Assembly: GCA_024626585.2 (NCBI GenBank)
Contig: JANKJI020000001.1
Coordinates: 19,372,045 to 19,414,898 of the forward strand
Direction: 5' to 3'
Source of the DNA: Ginkgo biloba
Lineage: Eukaryota; Plantae; Ginkgophyta
DNA length: 42,854 nt
Position 1 is the stretch's first letter; every line of letters starts with the position of its first letter. Positions 1 to 13,100 of this stretch are shown here, in pieces. The position numbers and the translations under genes are program-made. The notes under the pieces were generated by a model. It was not told the DNA's origin. It saw nothing but the letters and a program-made list of their open reading frames with translations, and searched no databases.

Positions 1-992
1 ACGAGGAATGATATATTTAAGATCTCAACATTAGTGCATCGGCGAGTTTTTCCCAAACGTCTGATTTTACATTTATTTTACATGATATCTAAGGTTACAT
101 TTATTTACCATAGTATCTTAGGTAGCCAACCCACTACGAAAATCCTCTTATATCATATATATGGATTTTCATTTTGAGATGGCCCGATTCAAGATTCAAA
201 AGAGATTGGCATATATCATATGTGAAAAAGAGACTTGTTCTCTACAAAAAGAAGTTATACCCCAAAAGGTCTTATGTTTTTAAGGCGAGTTAAGTGGTAA
301 AGCCATCGACATGATAAATCTTCACATCTTAAGAGGGCATACACACACATTAATACACATACGTGATAAATAATTGCCACAAAATATTATTTTATTAAAT
401 ATCTATAATATTTTAATATTATTTTAACTTAATAATAGGTAATGTTGATTTGACCATAATTAAGTATTGAACTTTAATAATAATTAAGGGTTAAAATAGT
501 TAAACATCTATTTTGTACATGGATTGTTGTGTAGTTTATTATTAAATCTAAATAATATATTTTGGTTGGATTGATGTTCATATTTCAGTCTAAGTATATT
601 ATCAAGTTGGATAGGTGAGCTCATTTTAAAGTCTTATTTTTAATATAAAAATTTTGTATGCATGTGTGCTTGTGTGCATAAGGTCAGTTCACTTAAACTT
701 TGAAAATGTACCACATATGTTTCTACTCTTGCTCCCACATTTTCTGGTATTTTTGGTTATATCCTTTATAATGCTAGACACACTAATCTTCATTTTATTT
801 GGATATCCAAGGATCACATTTCCATCCCAATCCCCACATCTTTTGGGTACCCTAGTGCAAGTTTATCATTTTATAATACTGGAATCAATTAAAAAACAAC
901 AAATGACACACATAAGGAAAACATAATTGAAGCATATTATGCACGAAGCCACTGTGATCCTATCAAACAGCCCATTGTTAAAGAAAACTTAC

Positions 993-1152
993 GTCTCCAA
1001 ATTATTTTCTGTCTGACTATTGGATTTAAGACCATCAAAACCTGAACAAATCTTGTTATTCTTTCCATCATCTAAAATACATAAAGATTGGCATAAGTTT
1101 TCTGTGTAGTGCCTACTAAGCAAATGCAGCTCATAACGAATTTGTTGTTCAC
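993..1152 (-). CDS. DDB1-like gene, exon 17 ([26 protein letters not shown]...NNLE); last exon visible
   Basis: TGACAG| phase 1 ... GAC|GTAAGT phase 2, 160 nt; ~'RLQLIAEKETKGAVYSL'. It ends in a donor, so the gene continues. Confidence 0.78.
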
Positions 1153-4100
1153 CTGTCAAACATCCATTTCTCAATTAATAGATATTGAAGATACTCAGCA
1201 TATAGACCTACTTCTGAGAACAAGCTAAAAGAAGGAAATATGAAGTTTTATGGACATAAGGACCCACAAGGGCTAAAGTGAACAAATTCAAGGAAATGTA
1301 TGACCCCTTTTGTACGCCCTATCATTTTTGATGCAAGAACAATACAATTCTGAGGAAACAAATCCTGCATAACAAATTAAATTACAAGAATAAGTATCAA
1401 ACAAAAAAAAAATGTTGGTTTAAAAACTCATATAAGGAACACAATATAAGAACTCACTAAATGGACCTTATCAATTGTTGGCAAGTGCATTATTTTCAAT
1501 GCCATTGGGTGAAGTCCAGCTTCTAAATCCACAGACAATACCTGCTACTCATAAGGGGATACATAACTTACTTCATCTCTTGGCTGATCCAAATGTTTGA
1601 ACTAAAAAAGATATTTTGTCTGTTGAGACACCCATAATAGCCTATTGTAAGTACCTGACACCAGCACTGAAGATGGATGAAGTGAAGCTGTGCCATGGTT
1701 TGTTCCTAAATACATTTCAACAATAGAAAATGATTTTCTGCAAGCTCAAATTACTTTCTGTGGATAGCATTCCTAAATGCACAAGATAATCATGTCAGAA
1801 AACTCTTACCAGACAAGAAACAATTGCACAACCACTATTCTCGTGATAAGCAACTTGAGTTGGAGCACCTGAAATTTTTAAAGCATCCCATCTGCAAGAG
1901 GTTGTTATATGCCAGGTTCAGGAGTCCATATGTTATCCTTTGATATGAAAGAATGACTTTTATAAGCCAAGTCTAATGGTGTGATATGCATAGATTCATA
2001 AAGGCAACATACATGACAAATACAGTTCCTTCTATCAACTTTTCCACTTTATTAAGAATCTTAAATCTTTTCATGGCTTATACCTGACCAAGTTACCTCA
2101 CAACATCACACTGGTTAAAACAACCAAATCTCACCGTAGTTGTGTTGATAAGTCAAGATGACCGAAGCATAGTCTACCATCTTTTGAAATAAATGCCAAG
2201 GAATTTGAAAAAGCTGCAACACTGAACCAAAACATATATTCTAGTGAATCCCTTGATGTCTAAATTGTTAGAGTTACTGCCAAATACACAATTGTACAGG
2301 AGTTTGACAGGCTAGTGGCCCAATTTTGTATAACATAGAAAACAAATAATATTTATTTCCATATCATATAGACACTTAAAATGGAAGTTATTCTTGATCT
2401 TCAAAAAACCTTATAAATTACTGATTAAACAATAAAAAAATGGGCTCATATTCAGATTGTGCATTATAATTACACAAAGGGTGTGCTAATCTTGTTAGCA
2501 TTATTTCAAATTTATTTAGATATCCCTACAAGACACGACAAAATGTAGCGAGACAACAAAGCAATGTAGCTGAAACATTGGCTATGGTATAATGCATTCA
2601 TTATAAGAGATATATGGCTTACGATTTCTACTTAATGTTACAACCTAGAAAAGCCAAGTGAACCTTATCTCGAGAACTGTGAAAAGGGACAAGTTAATCT
2701 TAGAGACCAGTTCATGTGTCCTTGAGCTATTCATTGATTCCTATGAGAAAGCGATGTTGAGGACAGAGAGAATGGTGAAGGCAAGAGCCTTAGGGGTGTC
2801 CCAACTTAGGCTGCCTCCTTTCNNNNNNNNNNNNNNNNNNNNNNNNNNNNNNNNNNNNNNNNNNNNNNNNNNNNNNNNNNNNNNNNNNNNNNNNNNNNNN
2901 NNNNNNNNNNNNNNNNNNNNNNNNNNNNNNNNNNNNNNNNNNNNNNNNNNNNNNNNNNNNNNNNNNNNNNNNNNNNNNNNNNNNNNNNNNNNNNNNNNNN
3001 NNNNNNNNNNNNNNNNNNNNNNNNNNNNNNNNNNNNNNNNNNNNNNNNNNNNNNNNNNNNNNNNNNNNNNNNNNNNTTTTGTATGTTGTGGAACTGGGGA
3101 GATTACATCATCACATTGTTTTAGGGCCCAAAGTGCTCTTAAAAGTGCTTAGATCTCTTCTCCAAGGAAAGGCACCCCAGTAGAGGTGTTTGCATGGGTT
3201 TTTGCCACATTATTGAGCACTAGGACCTCAAGAAGGTGAAGCAGGATTATTGGCAAGGCAATGACTAGTTTTCGGGTGAAGAGACTACACTGTTTGTTAC
3301 TTTAAAACAAGTCATTGGACTTGGAGTTGCAAAAGATGGACATTTCTATTGCCAAAGGAATTTATTAGGGTAAGACTCAACTTGGCGAGTTCTTTGTAAA
3401 CCCCTAGCTCTATAATTATTTTCTACTACCATAAATTAAAGGTATTTTTGTAGATTTTCATACAAAATAGTATTTCTAATAATGTATGCACAATTTAAGG
3501 GGTTCAACACTAATAATTAGGGAGTTAGAATCCTTAGTATAGGGCGCCCTTGGTTAGAGCGTGTTTCTATATCATTTATGACTATTTATAGTCTTGATAT
3601 GAATATTAAATGTTCATATATTTATGTTACTAAAATTTTTGAAATATGCCCTAAATTTACTACAAAAATCCTAGCGACTTTGTCTAGGGAAATATTGGTT
3701 GTAGCTAGAGACTTACTGGATATCTTAAGTCTAGACCCAATGTACCTCTATCTGAGGTTTATATTTTTCCCTTGCATGCACTTTTTTAGGGCTCATTGAC
3801 AGTAGGGTTTTGCATACTATGAAGGGGGATGAGAGCCTATCCTCTTGCTACCAGTTTCTACAGTTCAGCCATAGGGTCTACAAACTCTTACGTAGTTAAC
3901 ATGGCATCATCATAAAATGATACAAGTCTTAGATAATAATATACAACGCACTATAATGCCCTTGTTGACAATCTTTATTCCAACAACATTTAGGGTTGGC
4001 ATGGATCTTATGTAGTCATGTGGTATGATTCTTGCATAGCCATGGATTATGGTCTGCGACCATTGTTGGGTCATTTTTATATTAGTAAAATTTCTAGACC

Positions 4101-7100
4101 TAGCCAAAAATTAACATATTTCAATAATTGTTAATATAGGATGAATGTCTTGGATTCTAGGATCATCATGATGCCAAAAAGAGGTTGAAGATAGACCTGC
4201 ACCTGCAATCCTCTCTAGGGAAGGGGTTATGAAATGGAGTCTAAAAGACTGTTAAATGTTGTTAGGCATTAACGGATAGCATTTATGCACTAGAGGTTTG
4301 ATCGCCCGCATGGTAGACCCCATTAGGCAGTCCCCATGGCCAAGAGCAGGGAGCTAAGATCCATACTGAAAATTGACCCTAGTCTACCAAGCCCTTTTCT
4401 AAAATCCTATAAACTAATACATTCTATTATCGTGACCATAAATTAAGAAGTTTAAATATCTTTCTTATATGGGTTTCAATTGTAGTGCTTATTTATGGTT
4501 ATTTTTCATTCTCAAATGCATGACTAAATTCACCTCACTCTTTTACAAATTATGATATCTATTTGTAGATCTAGAGTAATTGGTTTTGTAGGGTTTACTA
4601 CAGGCAATCTGTTATGTCTTTGTTACTGGGTTCGCACACCCAGCCAATCGNNNNNNNNNNNNNNNNNNNNNNNNNNNNNNNNNNNNNNNNNNNNNNNNNN
4701 NNNNNNNNNNNNNNNNNNNNNNNNNNNNNNNNNNNNNNNNNNNNNNNNNNTAGAAGGCATAAAGGTCATGCAGGAATTCGCAGTAGTCGAAAGGGCTAGT
4801 AACACCACTTACTCCGCACTTTTGAGAAGACAATGGTTGTATGACACAAGAGCCATTCAGGACTAGGAAAAGAGAACGTTTACTTTGTTTGAGTACAATA
4901 AAGCTGACAAAGAATCCTGTGTTCCATGCAAGAAACAAGCATATTGAAGTTCATCATCACTTCATCCAGGAGCTTATTCAAAAAGGGGATATTGAATTGA
5001 TGTACAAGCCGACAGAAGAGAAAGTTGCTGACATTTTCACCAAACCTCTAGCTCAAGACAAATTCTGGAAGTTCAAGGATGGAATTGGTGTGAAATGTAA
5101 TCATGTAAACATTAAGGGGAAGTGTTAGAATATTTATTTAATGCTTACATGTAATCGGGGTCGCAACTTAATGTTGTGATACCTAAGTGATTGGATTCAT
5201 TGACTTGGAAGTAATTGGCAAAGATGTTCTTTTGATTACCAGAAATAGAGAGTTTGAAAGGAGCTCTTCCTTTTGAAAGTGAGATTCATGCTTAACCCAT
5301 TTTGGGCAGAAATACAATACCGGCAGACTTTGATGAAATTATTCAAGTTAAGGGGGAAAAGAAAATTTTTAAGAAAATGCACATGTATTGTCTCATGCAA
5401 AAGTGGTAAAAGGTCAAAGTTTAACCTGGTTACAGATCCTAGATGGCATCTGAGACCATGCACCCCAACAGCCTGAATGTTTCCATCTGACTTTAGAAGA
5501 ACAACAGTTTCCTGTATACTCTGGGCATAAATGAAGTCCTTATGTGCTTCACCTACAGAAATTTCTGATTTTCTGCTCTTACAAGTACAGGAAGATTCAC
5601 AGTTGAGCAGTACCGCACTTCTCCCAACTCTAACACATTTCCCATTTCTTATGCCTAGTTGAGGCCTATGACATTTACTCACAGAAGGAGAATGTTTCTG
5701 CTCATCAGCAACAGTAATCTCACAGAATATCAAAATTCCATCAGCCGTACCAGCAAATAGATAATGCACATCTTCCAGCTTTGAAATGCCAACCGACCGC
5801 ACAGGTGCTGAACCAGGTTCAATATATGCTATTTCCACCTGCAGTGAAGAACTTCAATGGTTTGAATTGATCATAGGTATGTATAAGTACAAAGAAATAC
5901 ACTGAAACACAGAAAATTCACGAATCATTAACCAGACTAGAGCTCACCAGATCTTTCCATGATAAAAGGTGAATGCTATTTGAATGCCATTGGCTTACAA
6001 TCACAATACAGTCACAATGTTTTCTCCGTTGATCTTTGTCATTTAGACTATTGCAGGATGAAGAGTTTCCAGAAGATATTTCAACATGAGAAACCCCAAG
6101 AGCTGATATCTGGAAAATTAATACCAGAAATAATTTTAGTACCAAATGAAGCATTGACTCTTGCTAATTAAAAATTGATGACAAAATCGCTCACAAAGAG
6201 ACCTTTATACAATTTTATACAAAATCAAGAGCTTGCTAGATCTACTACATACTTGAGATTATACATTTCCTGTGTTGTATAACTTCTCTCAGAGAAGAGA
6301 AGGATTTTACAACATTTTAGAGTTGTTCAGAAAAGACAGTTCAACATTGATTAAGCAAAAGATTTTCAAGTTTTTATGGAATTGAGATTGCTATTGCTTC
6401 TAGCTATCACTTTTCCCAAATTAAACTTGGAAAAGCTAGTGCAAGTTGGAATATCATGCAAAAGAAAGACCAAAAGGTGTGTCAGCAGAACCTATGACTA
6501 TATATGTGCATAGAAATCAACGTTGCGACTCAAGTCATGAACCATGCATTTATCTTTTGGAAGATTTGAGCTCCCCCAATGGTTATCTGAAGACCATTTT
6601 CCTGGGCCCCATGATAGAAAGTGCCAACCTGAACTTCATGCCATTTAGAGAGCTTAAAAATCTTGAGCCAAGTGCGAAAAGGTCAAAATAAAATGACTCG
6701 TTTAAAAAGAACGATTATAACTCTTAGGGAAATTCAAGATGGTCACATGAAACACTAATTAAGGCTAATGTAAGAGCAGCTTGCAAAAATAATTTGCAAG
6801 TTCTATGGTTTAAACTTACAAAGAGAAGCTTAATTTCTTGTGGTTTTGAACAGTTTGTCCAGGGGCAGTATAATCGATTAAGCCACAAAGAATTAGGATA
6901 GGGAGGGAGGGGAATGTCTTAAATATAACTAGGACTGCCATAATATGAGAGAGCAACAAGGTGAAGACGTGGTGAAATGAGCACAGGGGCAGCCTATGAA
7001 GTGAACAGGGTGAATTGGAAAAGAACAAGTGAACAACATGTGGGATGAAAATGTGATTGGAATAAGATGACTCACAGCAATAATTTTAAAATGAACAAAA

Positions 7101-10100
7101 CCAAGACAGACAGGAGTTCACACTTTGTTAACAGTAAAACAAATGGTGAATTGTAGGTTGCTGTATATGGTGGATGAACAAGCTTCAAGCAAGGTGATCT
7201 TACAAAAGCATCAGCCAAATGAGCATTAACAGGAACACAGTTTATTACACTAAAAAATAAGGTTGATTGAATGAATCTGATGCAGGCAAAATATTATCGA
7301 GGGGCACAGGCTTTTCAACTTTGGTGAGTTCAACAATAATTGGACTGATGCGGTGAAGAGAGATGTAAAGAACTTTTGTTCCATGTACAAGAAACAAAAA
7401 TCATGAAATGATGTTGTAAGGAACGATACTAGTGGAAGATGTGTTATGAATATTGACTCAAACAGAATATGGAAAACAGAGAAGTGAAAAATGAAACAGT
7501 AAAAAAATGGATAATACAACACTCTGAATGGTAGCANNNNNNNNNNNNNNNNNNNNNNNNNNNNNNNNNNNNNNNNNNNNNNNNNNNNNNNNNNNNNNNN
7601 NNNNNNNNNNNNNNNNNNNNNNNNNNNNNNNNNNNNNNNNNNNNNNNNNNNNNNNNNNNNNNNNNNNNNNNNNNNNNNNNNNNNNNNNNNNNNNNNNNNN
7701 NNNNNNNNNNNNNNNNNNNNNNNNNNNNNNNNNNNNNNNNNNNNNNNNNNNNNNNNNNNNNNNNNNNNNNNNNNNNNNNNNNNNNNNNNNNNNNNNNNNN
7801 NNNNNNNNNNNNNNNNNNNNNNNNNNNNNNNNNNNNNNNNNNNNNNNNNNNNNNNNNNNNNNNNNNNNNNNNNNNNNNNNNNNNNNNNNNNNNNNNNNNN
7901 NNNNNNNNNNNNNNNNNNNNNNNNNNNNNNNNNNNNNNNNNNNNNNNNNNNNNNNNNNNNNNNNNNNNNNNNNNNNNNNNNNNNNNNNNNNNNNNNNNNN
8001 NNNNNNNNNNNNNNNNNNNNNNNNNNNNNNNNNNNNNNNNNNNNNNNNNNNNNNNNNNNNNNNNNNNNNNNNNNNNNNNNNNNNNNNNNNNNNNNNNNNN
8101 NNNNNNNNNNNNNNNNNNNNNNNNNNNNNNNNNNNNNNNNNNNNNNNNNNNNNNNNNNNNNNNNNNNNNNNNNNNNNNNNNNNNNNNNNNNNNNNNNNNN
8201 NNNNNNNNNNNNNNNNNNNNNNNNNNNNNNNNNNTCTTCTTAGAAGAGATATCTTTTGGGTCTTAGATTTAACATTGGAGATGCTAGAAGCTCTCCCTTT
8301 ATATGTAACATCTATGCACATTATTATAGTCCCATTGACCACTTTGTGGTTATTAGTGGGCATTATGACATTTTCATTTCATTTTATTTCCTCTGTGTGT
8401 GTGTGCACATGTGTGTATTATAAAAAGAGAAGCGAACTACTCTGATACCAATTAAAGAATCCCAAATAGTTGGCTTTAGGAAACTAACAATATCTGAATG
8501 TGACCCAAACTAGTCACCACCAAATGTAATGATTTTTATCAATAGTCAGTGATTCAAATATAATTATACTAGTCAATGGATGATCAATGCAATAATGTTT
8601 GGGGTCTGTATGGTATGAGGAGATGATTTTTCAACCTTCATAATGCCTTTTCTCATAATCACACATTTGCCTATTACTAATGCCAATTACATGCTTACAT
8701 AGTTTAATTTATCTCTATTTAGGAACTTCCAACCTGAAAAGATTCGTTACAGTTAATCTCTTGGTTAGATCCCTCAACAAGAATTTTAGTGCATGAAAGT
8801 CCCTTCATGTCAATGCGATATCATCCTCCTAGATCTCAGTAGTCTTTGTTCAGACTATAGTACTCATTCCTAGTGTAATATTTGCACCATACTTGGACAC
8901 TTGTTCCTGCAAGATATCTTTCAAGTTCCCTGACGAATGCGTGATGTAAGTAATACTAATCACCAATGTACTCATCTAGTAATTTGATTGGAGTGGATGC
9001 ACTCTGTAAAACAAGTTCAAGACAAATGGTGAACATATATAATCATTTAAGACACTGATTGAAAGGTTAAGCAGAAGCAAGCTTGGAATTTGGTGGATCA
9101 CCCTTGCTTGTCACCTTCAATTTTGAAGGCAGTTTCAGTACAATGATTTCCCTTCAATATAATTTCAACATGGAATTGTGCAAAATAAGGCTTTTTCATT
9201 GATCCGTGCATTCATTTTCAGTATTTTCGGGGTTTAAATTTCAAGTCTAATCACCAGATTTGCCAATGCAAATCAATTTGCTTCTCACAATCTAATGTAG
9301 AGCAATCCCCTATATTTGTACATATCTACTATCTATGAAATTTGACTATTTTATAGAAATTTTGCATGCCGCCCATGACATTTTCAAATTTTAATGCACG
9401 TCATTTGACGGTTTCAAAGGCCAAAAGTGCCCAAGTAACCATCAAATTCCAATACTAAGTGGGAGGGAGTAGCAACATGTCAATGGTCTTGAATCAATAT
9501 AAAGAACATTAGTTCCAATTAGGGAAAACTTTGAGTGAAAGGATTTATGTAAATATATCCATTTAGTGAATCTTTTTAATTTACAAAATATTGTTTGCAG
9601 GATATTCGCCCCTAACGAATAATGCAAACTGACGACATAATGCAGTTGGCGGCAAGAAACAACAACGTGGCATTGACAGAGGACACAACACAAATAGATG
9701 AGGGAATCGAGTCAAAATCACCATAAGNNNNNNNNNNNNNNNNNNNNNNNNNNNNNNNNNNNNNNNNNNNNNNNNNNNNNNNNNNNNNNNNNNNNNNNNN
9801 NNNNNNNNNNNNNNNNNNNNNNNNNNNTAATTAGTTTAATAGCAACATAAATTATGTCATGAATAATACATTAAAATAAATTCCTTCTCCCTAGGTTATT
9901 AGGCATTGCTATATGATTCTCTCTATGGCAATTTTCTTGGGAAATTCTAAGTCTGTTGGATAAGGCCTTACAATATTAAAGAAGCTTACCCCAATGAAGC
10001 ACTATGATTTGTAACAATCAATGGAATAGGATAGAAGTAGTCCCTAAGAAGTTTGGAACTCATCTTTAAAAGTTTGTCTCTGCTTTAGGGTAGAAAATTA

Positions 10101-13100
10101 ATAAACTTGAGTTCAAAATTCTCATCTGGGGTGTCCCTAACAAAGATAAGGAGCAAGTGGTTCAACAGCTTGATATCCCTCTCAAAGAGGAGAAGGAAAT
10201 AATGTCCTACCTAGGAGTCCCAATGGGATATAATAAGCTGAAAGTGGACAATTGGCAGCCTTTCCTTAATAAAATAAAAGCGAAGTGAATGCCTGGCCTA
10301 ATAGGTTGCTAAGTTTGGCAGACAAAAGAATCATCTTCCAGTCAACAATAGCTCAAATGCCCAACTACATAGCCTCTCTCCTCATGGCCCAAAGACGGTG
10401 TTGGAAAAACAGAGAAGTATGGCTATAAGATTCCTATATTCCCCGTCAAAGAAGACAATTAAACCTTATTTCCCTGTTGGTTGGGCAAAGGTAATGGCTC
10501 CAAAGAATAAACGAGGGATAGGCATCAAAGAACCCTTCCTTCTAGCTGATGTCAAAGGGCAAAGAGATGTTGGGATGTCATCCAACTGTCACTGGTAAAG
10601 TGGAAGGAAGTTCTGCTTTGAAAATATTGCAGAGGGCTAGAGATCAAGGATATCCTCTGAGGCTTTACTCCGAGATCGGAGGGCTCAGGAATTTGGAAAA
10701 TGATCACAAAGCATTGGAATCATATTCTCTAGAATTCCTTCTTATCTCCAGGTGGTGTTGGCGCCGAAACAAATGTTTCGTGGGATAGGTGGGTAGGACT
10801 AGATCATGATCGTTTCGATCAACAAATCCAATACGGGGAAATTATGGAGTTTAGAAGGGCCATGGGGCTGATTTGAGTGGCTGACTTTTATGATTTTCAG
10901 ATCAAATCTTGGAGGAACATTGTCGTGATTCTTATGAACGAGAATGGATATCTGGACCATCATCTAGTCATCTTGGAAGATCAAAGTAATGATGAGATAG
11001 GTCATATCTACCTTCCAGTGGCCACTCCCATAGAAGCTCAATAGGAGGGTCCTTGCTTCATCTCTCCCTCCACCCAGTTTACAACTCAATACTTCTACGA
11101 ATATATCCATGACAGAGTCAATGCCCCTAGGGATCTCATTGCCCAATCATCAAGTAGAATGGGCTTGGATTTGGTGGAACAAAGCCCATCCCAGACAGAA
11201 AAATCCATTGGAGATTAGCTCACAAGGGGTTTNNNNNNNNNNNNNGAAGTCTATAACAATTGGGGTGTCCAAGGCTCTTCTCAATGTACGAGGTGCTTAA
11301 ACGCAATTGAAAACTTGGTGCATTCCTGGTGGGAATACAAGGATATCCAAAGAATCTAGGTCAAGGTCTTTGACTTATTTGGCTTGACCATGCCTAGTTA
11401 TTCTTAGGACAACAAATTCAGCACTTCCTAGAGTACAGTTTAGCAATTTCTTGATCAGAGGCCATCCTCAACTTCGGCCGGGATAGAGCTGCTTGTACTT
11501 TCAAAGCAACTATCTACAGTATTTGGAAGGCTCAAAACATGTTGTATCGCAAACATACAGTTTGGCATCCCGACTACAAGGTAGCAGCTATCAGTAAAGA
11601 GTTGACTTCCTAGATCGAAAATGCTAATCTAAGCCAAGGAATCCTTACTCAGGGAAATCTCTCTGTCACAGCGTTGGACACGTTCCTCCTCAGATTTTTC
11701 AAAATTAAATAACTCTTGTCTTCCCTCTTTCTCTCTGGGATCTTCTATTTGGAGTTCACATTGTAATCTGCGCACCTAAAGGATTCTAGCAATCCATTCT
11801 CTATAATTCACTTCACTTTCACTACTAAAAAAAGATTGAGAAAGAACATGAGGCAATGCCGAGAAGTTTGGAGCTCCAACTAAGAGAAAACAATCACTCA
11901 GCACTTCTGGCATAGGGGAAATCCGAAAAAGTGACAGAAGAATGTGAGAAGCATATAGAAATGTTTGTCAGATGCAAATATTGTGAAGAAGGAAAATGCT
12001 GGGCTTCACATCCAGTTGAAGGAGCTGAACATGACCAGTGCAGTCCCAACTTTATGTTTTTTCACTCTTCCTCAGAGTTAGATGGCATTAGTTCCTGCAG
12101 TGGTTCCTCCTTAAAATCAGATGGCACTGACTTCCCCTTAAAGTTTGATGGAAAAAGTTCCACCCTTGGTTCCTCCTCAGAGTTAGATAGCACCAACTTT
12201 GACTTAACAAGTTATTACTCTACAAAGTTGGTTGGCACTAGTTAGAGTTAATTAGAGGTCAAAACTCCCACAGTAGGACTTTCCAAGATAGTAGCTAGTN
12301 NNNNNNNNNNNNNNNNNNNNNNNNNNNNNNNNNNNNNNNNNNNNNNNNNNNNNNNNNNNNNNNNNNNNNNNNNNNNNNNNNNNNNNNNNNNNNNNNNNNT
12401 TCCAACAAATCAATGAAGATTCTAGTGAGTCAAAGGCAAGATTCCAAGCAATTTCAAACAAATAGCTGTAAGATTCCATGAAGAATTCATCTATACAAGT
12501 CATACGATTGTCCTTATAGTTAGTAAAAACATCCATACCATTAGGACATTATGTACGACAAATTGTACGGATAGGAATGGATGTCAATCCTAACATGGCA
12601 GAGTCAACAAGATGATAATGCCTTTAATGCAGAATCATGATGCATTTTATGAGAGTTGGGACACATCTTTTGTAGCATTTACTAAGTCCATAAATATACC
12701 ATTAATGAGGATGCTAATGTAGAGTTGTGTGTAGGGTTATGTCATTTGACATGGAAAGACATGTTATTAGGATTTCAAAGAGGTGATAATGTATAAATAG
12801 GAGAGATGGCAGGAGATGCGAGAGCTGATAATTAATACGTAGGCATAAGTGTGAGAGGCCTATTTTGTGTATTGATAATTCATGATGCATAATAAATGAG
12901 AATTGTACCACATATTTTGTGTGTTCTCATAATTGTGTATGTGGATGATGTTATGTGTGTGTAATTAGGATGGCAGATTATGAAGACATTGGGAGTTCGG
13001 GATAGACTTGAACTGTCAATAGCATTGTAAGATTTGGTTCACTTATCCTATAATGCCCCTTTAAAATAGATCTGCATTGTTGTTTGGAATCTTCTTCAAT

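Noticed and set aside
1153-1210. Apparent premature stop (TAA at 1177-1175) upstream of exon 17
   Set aside because: It is intronic once exon 16 (phase 1) is spliced to the acceptor at 1153.
6400-9100. Possible RTE-type LINE remnants (for example 'EDDIAL' near 8820 on the minus strand)
   Set aside because: Too degraded to support by eye.
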